Source: the human T2T-CHM13v2.0 reference genome, Homo sapiens
NCBI GenBank assembly: GCA_009914755.4
Contig: CP068257.2
Location: 15,328,001-15,392,000 of the forward strand
Length of the DNA: 64,000 nt
Reading direction: 5' to 3'
Shown: in pieces, positions 26,946-38,660 of the stretch
Position numbering within the stretch: position 1 is the first letter of the stretch
Layout: each line of letters begins with the position of its first letter
Position numbers and translations under genes: made by a program
Notes under the pieces: model-generated
Database searches by the model: none
Seen by the model: only the letters and a program-made list of their open reading frames with translations
What the model was told of the DNA's origin: nothing

Positions 26946-29900
26946 TATAAAGAACTTGTGTGGCTCAACAATAAATAACCCAATTTTCATAAATGGGCAA
27001 AGATTTGAACAGACACTTCACAAATGAAGATATATGAATGGCCAATCAACATATGAAAAGCTTTTCAAAATCATTAGTCATTAGGGAAATGCAAATTAAC
27101 AACACAATAGACAGCACTTTAAACCCATTAAAATGGCTAAAATTAAAGACTGTTCATACCAACTGAAAAATGGGAGGAGAAGCCACCAGAATTCACAAAT
27201 ATTACTGGTGGGAATGTGAAAAAAAAAATTGTAAATCACTTTTGAAAATTATTTGATAATGTCTTTAAAAGCTAAATGTACACCTTCTATACAACTCAGT
27301 CACTCTAAACCTAGGTCAACCTAGGTATTTACCTAGAAAAATACAAGAATATGCCAATACAAAGGCATGTTCACGAATGCTTATCACAGCTTAGTATGTT
27401 ATAGCCCAAAACTAGTAACTGTACAAACATCTATTTGCAACTGAATGTATACACATACTGTGGTATGTCTAGTCAATATAATAGTACTCAGTAATAAAAA
27501 GAGTGATAGAAGCAACTGAATAATAAGGCAAACAACCTGATTTTCAAAGTAATGGGCAAATGAATGAATCTTAAAATAATTATGCTTAATGAAAGAAGTA
27601 AAAGGGGCTACATAGTAAAAGAGTACATATTATATGATTCTAGAAAACATGAAATAATCTAAAATAACAGAAAGCAGATTAGTGGATTCATGGAAATGGG
27701 GGTAGGTAGAATAAGGGATAAATTACAAAGGGGAATGAAGAAATCTTTGAGATTGATAGAAATGTTTATTATCCTTATTGTCATAATGATTTCATAGTTG
27801 TATACATATGTCAAAACTAATCAAATTGTGCGCTTTAAAATGTTACCTTCTTGTGCATCAATTTCACCTCAATAAAGCTATGCAAAAACAGAAACTTTTC
27901 TTAGACAAAATTTTTATAACTGCAATTTCCCCAACATAAATATTACTCTTGGAGTGTTACTTGTGAAGGAAAAAATAATTATAGTGACATTCAGCCTAGC
28001 TACTCAGATTGTTGTCTGAGAAGAGACAGCTTTGACATTGACTGAGAGCTTTCAGAAATACTGAATCTTTTCACTAACCATACCACCACCCCAGAGCTTT
28101 TGATTAGATTATGCATTTTTTAAAAGGTCTCTAGGTGATTTACATGTACTTTAAAATTTGAGACGTACTGCTCTACAAACAAGAGCTCTGGCTCAAATGA
28201 AAGGTAAAAATCAATACAAAAATTTCTCATCAGAGATGTTATTTACAAGATTCAGGTATCATATCCTGGGTGTTACTAGATAATTCTACAATGTTCTTTG
28301 ATTCTGATTCCACAGTCCCATGTCACTGCCCTTTTCTTACTAGACCTGCCCCCATTTTTCATGTGTCATTTTTCCCCACCTCTTCTGATCTCCCCATACT
28401 TAAGCATAAGTGTTCATTTTTTCATAGATAATGTTAGGTGGTTGCAATCACTTTAAAATCATATTGGCCTCCCTTGCCTCCATTTCTATCTATGATTTCT
28501 TTATATTGTGGTAAAGTCAACAGGGGGTGGTTTCGGAGAGTTACTCACCTGATCTGAATCAAAGTCTCTAAAATTAATTCCAGAAATTATTAACAAAAAT
28601 AAATGAAGAGAAAAAACTGAATGATGTAAACCACTATGCATTTAATTCTTCTTTAATAAATTTTCAATGAAATCTAAGTACAATTGAAAAAAATAAGCTA
28701 AAAATAAAGAGTCGAAGAGAAGAGCATAACACAAAGCAAGTGCATTGAGTAAAGGGCAAACTCTGAGGAAAATATTATCTATTTTAAACTTTAGGTTTTA
28801 CTACATAGGTTTTACTATGTTCTCACACGTATTACATTTTTTTAAATAAATTTGTGAGATAAGAAGTCAAATATCATCATTTTCTAGATGGCTATGCAAT
28901 TTGTCCACTCTCAGCTGGGATTCAAATCCAATTGTTTCAACATTCAGCCTAGTGTTCTCTGCACAGCCCATATTACACGTATGAAATGTCCTTGAAAACA
29001 ACACTGTGAAGATCTCTTTCAAGTTTCACACGTAAGTGTTTGAGTTAAAAACTAAAACAATGCCTTGAAGCGTTTGTTCTTAGGATGAGTCAAAATTTGA
29101 AAGAGTTTGATGCTAAAACCAAAATTGCTTTTGAATTATAAAAGCATGTAAATACAAATTTATCTCCAAGACTTATATTGTCTTTTTACCTAAAAGGAAA
29201 TTGCAGGCTTACGTTTCATTTGGTAAAATATAAAACTTGAAGATATTTTTATGTGAATAGTTTTTTTTAATTAATCAAGTTGTTAATTCTAGTGTTTCTA
29301 GTGTTTTTGCTGAAAAGTAGAGTTCCAGATACCATATTTTAAAAGGTACTGTTTGCAGATTTCTTTCTAGTAACCAAAGAAATATTTCCCCCTTTAGGCA
29401 AATGTACTGTATTTGTCCTACCTTTTATCATGGGGGTCAGCCATCATTTGTATCCTTTTTTCTTTCCTTAAGTGACCATTTCTTTGATTTCTTATTAAAA
29501 AGGCTTGGTAGAAATAGACAGAAATGACACCTAGAAAAGAATATTTCTGCACCTGAAAGTCATAAACTTTCCAATTTAAACTTGGAAAAGTATCTGAAGC
29601 AAGCCAAAATGAGCACAGAGCAAGTCCAATGACAAATGCTTCATTCTTTTTTTTCTCTCGATTTTTTTTTCTTTTTCGCAGGGGTTGGGGGTTAATTGTT
29701 TTGTTTTACTTTACATTTGGTCAGCTGGCACACTGCACAGAAACTTGAGATTTTTTTCCCCTTTCTCATTTCGGTTGCTTTTAGCCATGTCTTAAATTAG
29801 CTTTTCTTTAAGTCTTGAAGGGAGTTGGCTTCCACTCCCCAAATGGAACAATAGTTCCTCCTGAGTGAGAGTGCCAGCTACATATATTATCTGTCCTATT

Positions 29901-31681
29901 CCCAGCAGGAACATTCCAGTGACTGCTTATAAAAATTAGTCACATGGATTTTCAGTTTGGGGAAGGGGTGGCTAGCCTTAGTTGTCATCTTTAGTTTGTG
30001 AGAGAATTGAGCTGTTTTTCTCCTTTCAAGTCTTCCATTTACCCATTTTAGACTCTTGTAGATGCTTTAGCTTTTCTTCATGCAGTCAAGAATGAGCCCA
30101 TCTTCGGAAGGCTCCAAGAACTGGGGACACATTTAGCCTGTTAATGCTGCTTAGTTGGCCCAATTCCACTTTGGTTAATTACATTCTGTTCCACAAACAT
30201 ATCTCTTTGCATTTTCATTTGGTGATGAAAAAAGATTGCTTTTCAATCTCCTCTTCTGAGCTCAATCCTCAAAGGCCCAGCATGGATCCATCCAAAGTTG
30301 CCTAAGGAAAAATTCCCCAAGTGTGGGAGAATCCAAAAGAACACAGCCATTCTCAGCCCTCCTCACACCCACACCAAAATCAGTATTGACAGAAAAATGT
30401 ATGATTATCTGACTGCAGAAGTTTGTCCTTTGCTTTAAAAGAGGTATTTATTTACCAAGGGGCAGTGATGACATACTTGAGGATCCATACCAAATACCAT
30501 TCAAGAGAGTCAGGAATTCCTTGGAAACACATTGTCTGTTTCTCTTTAGGAAAATGAAAAGCACTGCAAAGAAATTCTAAAAATCAAATTCCTGTAGTTT
30601 CTAACCTCTTCTTTGATGCTACGTGTTCTATGCTCCAAATGTAGCTAGTATACAAGAGACAGTAATGAAATAGATGCATCTTACCATGATGTCTTTTTTT
30701 TTTATTTTTTTGCTACAATGTTTATAGCAAGGGCTCTTCACTTTTATTTCAATTGCATGAAACAATGTGACACTTGCCTTTCTTATTTTAGCTTCAGAAG
30801 TTTCTAAAACACTTGTCTCTGCAAGATTATCTTGATCTTAAGGTGCAGGAAATTTGCTTTAAGGCTCTGCTGACTCAACATTTACACATTTTTCTTCTGA
30901 TGAAGTATTTTGTTTCCTTTAAAACCAAATGATATCATGTAACTCAAACAATGTAGAACTATACTAATTATGATCTAAAATGACAGATGTAGATGGAGTC
31001 ATACTTTATGTCTGTTCTTGTAGTATATATAGTCATTATCCATCAAGTATTCACATGTACGCTGGGAATTTTCATACCAACTGCCAAAACTTCAAACTAA
31101 CCACTTAAAAAAAAGTTCGACTTCAAAAGGTTTACAGTTTTAATTTGGACAGCACTGCCAGGAAGTGATCCGTGAACAAATTCATTTTGCTAGTCTTTGT
31201 AACTACAAAGTTCTCATGATTAAGCTTTTTACTTTCTCTTTCTCTTTTTTTTTTTTTCTTTCTTTCTTTTTTTTTGGTGTAGCTTAACTTTATGATTCAT
31301 GGGCTAAAATACAATTCTGAGAGATTTACTGTTGGTGTCATACTTTCACATTTTCTATTACAAGTTTCATATGAATGTAAAATTGTATTAGTTTCTGTGT
31401 TATAAATAGCCTTAAAAGGGGATTAATCATCATAGAACCAAATTGTTTTTCCCAGATATCAGTCATGATAAAGTCAGGAAATATAGTTTTAGGTAAAAAA
31501 GAAGAAGAGAAAACACTCTGAAATTTCTAAATTTTTGGTTAACACTAAGCTTTCTCATACAGAAAAATCACAAATTTGCCCCCTCCCCCCAAAAAATCAT
31601 ACTCAGTTCAATGAGATGGCAGAACAGTGATATTTTCACTTGGAAAAAAAGGAAGAGAATTTATTCATTAAAAAATCACTA

Positions 31682-31979
31682 GGCTGGGCACGGTGGCTCA
31701 TGCATGTAATCCCAGCACTTTGGGAGGCTGTCAAGAGCGGATCACAAGGTCAGGAGTTTGAGACCAGCCTGGCCAATATGGTGGAACCCTGTCTCTTCTA
31801 AAAATACAAAAATTAGCCAGGTGTGGTGGCATGCACCTGTAGTCCCAGCTTCTTGGGAGGCTGAGGCAGAAGAATCTCTTGAACCCAGGAGTCAGAGGGT
31901 TGCAGTGAGCCAAGGTCATGCCACTGCACTCCAGCCTGGGCAACAGAGTGAGATTCTGTTCTCAAAAAAAAAAAAAAAG
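31682..31979 (+). mobile_element. Alu SINE (AluS/Y-like), sense, with a 15-bp poly-A tail
   Basis: ggctgggcacggtggctcatgcatgtaatcccagcactttgggaggctg...gatcacaaggtcaggagtttgagaccagcctggccaatatggtggaaccctgtctc...aaaaattagccaggtgtggtggcatgcacctgtagtcccagct...gcactccagcctgggcaacagagtgagattctgttctcaaaaaaaaaaaaaaa. Confidence 0.97.
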
Positions 31980-32884
31980 AAAAGATATTAAAAATCACTA
32001 ATTAAATGTGAATCATATAACTGCTCCTAGAAGAAAATAGCCTAATAAAGAATGGTATTTTAAAAATTACGTGGTTTTGCCTGTTTACTAAAACATGTAT
32101 CTTGTCTTTGGAAGCTCTGAAATTCACATCTCAGGGAAAAAAGGAACCCCGGAAAGTGTATTCCTAGAAAGGCATCCATAGTGAACAATGAGCTCATTTT
32201 CATTTAAGGATAAAAAATGTAGATATTTTTATTTAAAAATGTGAGAATTTTTCAGAAAATATAGCTAAAATAAAAATATACTTGAAGAATATGGATAAAG
32301 TCCATGTCATAAAAATTGGATTTAGATGATCCTAATATTTGAAGAAAGTATAAAGTTAAGCAAAGAACTAATTACTCCAAGAAGTTGAAAATACTCTGTG
32401 CTCTGGATGGGTGTATATTACTGCGTTAAATATACATTACAAGCAATAGGAAGAATTTCAGAAATACTAATCTTAGTATTTAGTTGTGGTCCTGACCCTT
32501 TTACATCTTACAAGTATAAATTATCTTATTGTACTTTGCAGATACTGCATTTTTTTACAAATTGAAAGTGTGTGGCAACCCTGTGTCAAGCAAGTCTATC
32601 GGTGTCATTTTTCCAACAGCATGTGCTCATTTTGCATCTCTGTGTCACATTTTCTTAATTCTCATAATATTTGAAAGCTTTTTGTATTTTTTCTCCCTGT
32701 TATGGTGATCTGTAATCAGTGATCTTTGATGTTACTATTGTAATTGTTTTGAGGGAGCCACATCCACACCTCTACAAGATGATAAACTTAAACAATAATG
32801 TCGTGTGTGTTCTAACTGACTTCCTCTCTGATCAGTCATTCCTCCATCTCTCTCCCTCTCCATGGGCCTCCCTATTTCCTGAGA

Positions 32885-33050
32885 CACAACAATATTGAAA
32901 TTAAACCAATTAATAACCCCTCAATGGCTTCTAGTTGTTCAAGTGAAAGAAAAGTCACGTCTCCCACTTTACATCGAAAGCTAGAAATGATTAGTCTTAG
33001 TGAGAAAGACATGTTGAAAGCCAAGACAGGTAGAAGGCTAGGCCTTCTTA
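32885..33050 (+). mobile_element. Tigger (pogo / TcMar-Tigger) DNA transposon fragment: N-terminal CENP-B-like HTH region of the transposase
   Basis: atggcttctagttgttcaagtgaaagaaaagtcacgtctcccactttacatcgaaagctagaaatgattagtcttagtgagaaagacatgttgaaagccaagacaggtagaaggctaggccttctt translates to MASSCSSERKVTSPTLHRKLEMISLSEKDMLKAKTGRRLGLL. This fits the Tigger/pogo transposase N-terminus pattern ...KRK.KSLTLE.KLEII...E.G.SKAEIGRKLGLL. Confidence 0.65.
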
Positions 33051-34975
33051 AATTGAAAAGCAACTTCAGCAAAGTCTCAGGATACAAAATTAATATGTGA
33101 AAATCACTACCCTTCCTATACACCAACAACAGGCAAGCAGAGAGCCAAATCATGAATGAACTCCCATTCATAATTGCCGCAAAAATAATAAAATATCTAG
33201 GAATAAAGCTAACTAGGGAGATGAAAAATCTCTACAGGGAGAACCTCAAACCACTGTTCAAAGAAATCAGAGATGACTCAAACAAATGGAAAAACATTTC
33301 ATGTTCATGGATAGGGAGAATCAACATCATGAAAATGGCCATACTGCCCAAAGCAATTTATATATTCAATGCTATTCCTGTTAAACTACCAATGACATTC
33401 ATTACAGAACTAGAGAAAACTCTTTTAAAATTCATATGGAACCAAAAAAGAGCCTGAAAAGCCAAGGTAATCCTAAGCAAAAAGAACAAAGCTGGAGGCA
33501 TCACACTACCTGACTTCAAACTACACTAAAGGGATACAGTAACCAAAACACCATGCTACTGGTACAAAAACAGACACATAAACCAATAGAAAAGAAGAGA
33601 GAACCAGGAAATAAGGCTGCATGCCTACAACTATCTGATCTTTGATAAACCTGACAAAGACAAGCACTGGGGAAAGAATTCCTATTAAATAAATGGTGCT
33701 GGGATCACTGGCTAGCCATATGCAGAGGAGGGAAATTGGACCCCTTCCTTACACCATATACAAAAATTACCTCAAGATGGATTAAAGACTTACATGTAAA
33801 ACTCAAAACTATAAAATATCCTGGAAGACAATCTACCCAATACCATTCAGGACATAGGCACAGGCAAAGATTTAATGACAAAGACACCAAAAGCAATTGC
33901 AACAAAAGCAAAAATTGACAAATGGGATCTAATTAAAGTACGGAGCATTTGCACAGCAAAACTATCAACAGAGTAAACAGACAACCTACAGAATATGAGA
34001 AAATTTTTGCAAACTATGCATCTGACAATGGTCTAATACTCAGCATCTATAAGGAATTTAAACAGATTTCCAAGAAATAAACAAACAAAACCATTAAAAA
34101 GTGGGTGAAAATATATGAACAGACACTTCTCAAAAGAAGACATACCTGCAGACAACAGTCAGATGAAAAAAATCTCAACATCACTGATCATTAGAGAAAT
34201 GCAAATTAAAACCACAATGAGATACCAGCTCACACCTGTCAGAATGGCTATTACTATTATAAAAAGTCAAAAAATAATAGATGCTGGTAAGGTTGTGGAG
34301 AAAAAGGAACACTTATACTCTGCTGGTGGAAGTGTAAATTAGTTCAACCATTGTAGAAGACAGTGTGGTGATTCCTCAAAGACCTAAAGCTGGAAATACC
34401 ATTCAACCCAACAATCCCATTACTGGATATATATCCAAAGGAATAGAAATCTTTTTATTATAAAGACACATGCATGTGTATGTTCATTGCAGCACTATTC
34501 ACTATAGCAAAGACATGGAATCAACCTAAATACCCACCAATGATAGGCTGGATAAAGAAAATGTGGTACTTATATACCATGAAATACTATGCAGCCATAA
34601 AAAATAATAAGATCGTGTCTTTTACAGGGATGTGGATGGAGCTGGAGGCCACTATCTTTAGCAAACTAACACAGGAATAGAAAACCAAATACAGCATGTT
34701 TTCACTTATAAGTGTGGGCTAAATTATGAGAATACATGGACACATAGAGGGAAACAATACACATTGGGGCCTATCAAAGAGCAGAGGTTAGGAGGAGGTA
34801 GAGGATCGGGAAAAATAAGTAATGGATACTAGACTTAATACGTGGGTGATGAAATAATCTGTGCGATAAACTCCCGTGACACACATTTGCCTATATAACA
34901 AAACTGCACTTCCTGCACATGTACCCATGAAATTAAAATAAAATTTAAAATAAATAAATAAAATGAAAAGAAACA
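33051..34975 (+). mobile_element. Primate L1 (L1PA/L1PB-like) 3' half: ORF2 C-terminal third plus 3'UTR, sense, ending in an A-rich tail. It abuts the Tigger fragment directly
   Basis: aagcaacttcagcaaagtctcaggatacaaaattaatatgtgaaaatcactacccttcctatacaccaacaacaggcaagcagagagccaaatcatgaatgaactcccattcataattgc (L1PA: [42 protein letters not shown]) ... ccatggcacatgtatacatatgtaac-type 3' end ... gtacccatgaaattaaaataaaatttaaaataaataaataaaatg. Confidence 0.92.
33152..33457 (+). pseudogene. L1 ORF2 C-terminal fragment (101-aa open remnant)
   Basis: The track protein [101 protein letters not shown] matches L1 ORF2p ...[101 protein letters not shown]. Confidence 0.9.
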
Positions 34976-36634
34976 AAAATAAGGAAAAATTATGGAAAAG
35001 AAATCCCTAGTTTGACCTGGAATAGCTTAGTATTTTTCTTTATAGAAATCTGATGGTTATCTATAGGACGAAATTCTAATGGTAGATGGAAACACTGAAG
35101 AACAGTAAGTGGTGCAACACATAGAAATTTGACACGGGAAAGAACAGAAGTTCCATAACGATTGTAGATTCACCACAATCTGTTATTTCCCTCTCTTCAC
35201 CATTAGTCCTTAGGTCACCTTTTTGGACTTGGAAGAGTCCCAGATACCTCACAGATATACTTTCATTTATAATCTTGATTTTTATTCAAATTATAAAATA
35301 TCAAGACTCTTACAGTAGCCCTAGCCTATATTTTCAAGTTTCTAAGAACAAATAAAATGAGAGCCAGATTTCTGTTTCTAATATAAAATGCCAACTTCTC
35401 TCCGAGGGACCAGAGTCTATTGGTCCTTAACATTTTCTCTTACTTTCACAAATTTTCTCTTACTTTAAATATTTTACTTTCACTTTACTTTTTTCTCCTA
35501 CTTCCACTTACTTTCCACACTTCAATGAATCAAACTAAAGGTAATAAAATGAATATCTAGTAAGGCTAAAGCTATATGGGATCCTTAATTTAAAGAATAA
35601 TTTTCTTAATTATTTTACCAAGAGTTACATGACAAACTTAAAAATGGCATTATTTTGACAGTAGCAACAACTCAAAAGACAAAAGAAAATATTATAATGC
35701 CAATACCCTCTGCTACTATGGCAGTGCAGAAATTTAGAATTTAAAAATGCCAAACTACTTTAACAATATGAAAGTCATTTTATTCATAATTTCACTGATT
35801 CACTCAATTTTAACTATATTATTTGGCTGATTTAATAAAATAACAAATGAAAATTTTAAAAACAGTGCCATTTGAGAGTTACCTGTCATGAGTGATGAAA
35901 TTACTCCAAATTCTAACAATACATATAGCAAATGGCATATTTGCATGGGTATTGGCCTGAGTATTTTGGCTTGCATTTCAACATTTGTAATAGCTGCAGC
36001 AAAAATTTTCCTGTCTAAAATTTTTTTAAAGGCAGAATATCTTCCTAAATGAGCAGAAGTTTGGGTATTTGGACACTCCCCGAAAGCAGAACACAGACAA
36101 GTGTTCAAATGCAAACTTTGTCATTTTTACGTCATTGATTTTTAATATACACGTCTATTCAGCTTTTTCTTAATTAGGGATTTGGGTATAACTATGCTCT
36201 TTAGGACTTTCTCTGTCTACCTGCTTGGCATAATATCCTGGGACCAATTGTGAAAAAAATCTGTGATGGAGCATTGATAAAGAAATCCCTGGATGTTCAG
36301 AAACAATTTGGTTGTTTCTGGCTTATAAAACTCAAGAACTACTTTAATGAGAAGTAGAGGGTAGAAAGTGTGGAGAGCTTGTATATGTACCAAAATTGTG
36401 GATAGACAAACCAAAAAATTGACATTTTAGGCAAAGTGACATTTTGGATGAATATATAAACAAGAGAGTTAAAGTCATATTTAAATGAGAAGCTGAAGCA
36501 GAAAAAAAAAATCAAAACAAAAAAATGAATTAAAAGCACAAATAAAGGGAAGATGCTAGGACTGAAAATCCCAAGAGTAAGGTAGCTAAACCTAAGTCAG
36601 AACAGTCAGAAGTACACTAGAGGAAAGTAAGTGA

Positions 36635-36995
36635 GTGATATGGTTTGGCTGTGTCCCCACCCAAATCTCATCTTGAATTGTAGCTCCCACAATTCCCATG
36701 TGTTGTAGGAAGGACTCAGTGGGAGGTAATTGAATCATGGGGGCACATCTTTCCTGTGCTGTTCTCCTGATGATGAATAAAGTCTCATGAGATCTGATGG
36801 TTTTATAAAGGGGAGTTTCCCTGCACAAGTTCTATTCTCTTGTCTGCCACCATGTGAAATGTGCCTTTCACCTTCTGCCATGATTGTGAGTCCTCTTCAG
36901 CCATGTGGAACTGAGAGTCTATTAAACCTCTTTCTTTTGTAAATTGCCCAGTCTCAGGTATGTCTTTATTCACAGCATAAAAATGGACTAATAGA
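36635..36995 (+). mobile_element. THE1/MST-family MaLR solo LTR, sense
   Basis: tgatatggtttggctgtgtccccacccaaatctcatcttgaattgtagctcccacaattcccatgtgttgtaggaaggactcagtgggaggtaattgaatcatgggggcacatctttcctgtgctgttctcctgatgatgaataaagtctcatgagatctgatggttttataaaggggagtttccctgcacaagttc...gccatgattgtgagtcctcttcagccatgtggaactgagagtctattaaacctctttcttttgtaaattgcccagtctcaggtatgtctttattcacagcataaaaatggactaatagag is a near-complete match to the THE1 LTR consensus. Confidence 0.92.
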
Positions 36996-37735
36996 GAGAT
37001 TAAAAAGAGGTAAGAGAATCAAATTATGATATCAATTAGTTCACAGAATTAGTGACAAATTTTATTTACATGGAATTTGTAACATCCTCTCCTCTCCTTT
37101 CTTTCTTGAAATAACTCTTTGAAAAAGAGGAAATAGAAAATTAGCATTTCTTGATGGCATACTATGAGCCAGGCCAGGTGCCTCGTGGTCAACATACTGT
37201 CTTCTTCAGTGCTTATACTAAAGAATGGTCAGGGTGTTTTACAGCAGTCTGTTAAGGTTGGAGGTACACTGCATTGAGATTCTCAAGAAAGCCAATTCCT
37301 CATTAGATGAAAGAAGTGAGCAATCATTCACCTGGATGCTTATGGTATGATGAGTAAGAACGTCCATTTCATTCCTGGAGTAAAATTAAAGAGAGGAGAG
37401 GTGTAATCTGATGAATGCTATCTTTAGAAATAAAAGTTAGTAGCAGAAATCTAATACGGATTTCTAGATAGTGAGAAAACAAAAGAGCTGGCATCTCTCG
37501 ATGTGGGACAACTATAAAAAATAACATTTCTTAAAATTTCTGTGTTTCCACAGCCCATTTTATTTGTGATTTCCAATCTACTGTCATAAAGTTATTGTCC
37601 TTAAAGCAAAAAATGGTCTTAAACTTTGAGTCATAATATAGATTGGCCACTGGAGAAACTGCATCTAATCCAATGCAGGTTGAGAAATGACATCCCCAAA
37701 GGATACTTGAGGTTTTGTTTGCTACAACCAAAAGG

Positions 37736-37792
37736 GAAGAAGGAAGGAAGGAAGGAAGGAAGGAAGGAAGGAAGGAAGGAAGGAAGGAGGGA

Positions 37793-37863
<71 letters not shown>

Positions 37864-37925
37864 GAGGGAAGGGGAGGGGAGGGGAGGGGAGGGAAGGGAA
37901 GGGAAGAAGGGAGGAAGGGAGGGAG
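37736..37925. repeat. Long compound microsatellite: (GGAA)~18 - (GAAA)~16 - (GGGGA)/(GGGAA)n
   Basis: gaaggaaggaaggaagg... then aagaaagaaagaaag... then gaggggaggggaggggagggaagggaagggaag read directly. This explains the low-complexity K/E/R-rich and S/F/L-rich ORFs called at 37531-38018 on both strands. Confidence 0.97.
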
Positions 37926-38069
37926 GGAAATGAAGAACAGCTTCAAGAGCAAAAGCAAAAAGAAAACTTTGCCCTAGGTCTGAACAGAGCAAGCTGTGAA
38001 CATCTTGGTAACTCATGAAGTAAGCAGATGTGACATTATACTTCTGTCAAGAAAATTTTGGCTAACAAG

Positions 38070-38160
38070 AAGTGCTTTTAGCTGCCCAAGGTCACACACC
38101 TAGCAAATGGTGGAGTTAGAATTCAAACATAATTGTGATTCACTCTGGTCTGTAATCACA
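38070..38160 (-). mobile_element. MIR SINE fragment (antisense)
   Basis: ctgcccaaggtcacacacctagcaaatggtggagttagaattcaaacataattgtgattcactctggtctg versus the MIR reverse complement cttgcccaaggtcacacagctagtaagtggcagagccgggattcgaacccaggtctgtctgactcc. Confidence 0.55.
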
Positions 38161-38529
38161 GTATTCCCTCACAATGGCCAACACATGAGAATTTTAAACC
38201 AATAATGAGAAATGGAACCATAAGAAATAGAGAACAATAGAAATATGTAGCAAAACCAAAGTTACTTAACATACATTAGCACAATCAATTTAATTAGAAA
38301 AGGAAAATATTATAGCATAAATATTATTCTAATGAAGAAATTTGCATAGGAATGAAATTTTGATGAAGCTCCTTAATTTAACATGAGAGAAAATGATATG
38401 AATGAAATAAATAGGCAAATACTCTTGTGTAGCAGGTTGGGAAGAGCTAAGTTCTGTTGCCTGTGAGATAGATCTGTATTATAGGCCATTTTTGTTATAT
38501 CCAAGCTTTACTGGACATATTCACTGTAG

Positions 38530-38660
38530 TTTGGGGAATATGAAAGAACACTGGACTCAGGTTCTGACCTCTAACTTGTTATAAGATCTATAACAAATTA
38601 TTTCAAGAAATGTGTTGACCTGAGGTATCTCACTTATAAAAATGAGGGCGGTAGCTAGAT
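38530..38660 (+). mobile_element. Possible MIR fragment (sense)
   Basis: ctgacctctaacttgttataagatctataacaaattatttcaagaaatgtgttgacctgaggtatctcacttataaaaatgaggg weakly parallels the MIR ...ccacttactagctgtgtgaccttgggcaagttacttaacctctctgtgcctcagtttcctcatctgtaaaatgggg. Confidence 0.3.

Larger units (their letters stand above)
22990..27897 (+). mobile_element. Ancient L1 (L1M/L1MB-like), ~4.9 kb composite, sense: ORF2 EN region -> RT -> C-terminus -> 3' end. It is interrupted by three nested insertions: an LTR at 24548-25075, a THE1/MST LTR at 26243-26597, and MER20-like pieces
   Basis: taaataattgatgggtcatagaagaaatcacaaaagagattagaaaatat (L1M ...NNQWVKEEITREIRKY); ...ataatacatcatgactaagtgggatttatctcagaaat...; gcttaatgataaaaactgaatgctttttccttaagattgaaaaccagaattggaagcaagtatgtccactc (L1M ...[22 protein letters not shown]); a 3' terminus gggcaaagatttgaacagacacttcacaaatgaagatatatgaatggccaatcaacatatgaaaagc...cattagtcattagggaaatgcaaattaa...ending cctcaataaagctatgcaaaaacagaaa, which is typical of L1M 3' ends. 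Confidence 0.75.

Noticed and set aside
37531-38018. Four overlapping 72-161 aa ORFs on both strands with K/E/R-rich or S/F/L/P-rich low-complexity proteins
   Set aside because: They are translations of the (GGAA)n/(GAAA)n/(GGGGA)n microsatellite and its complement, not genes.
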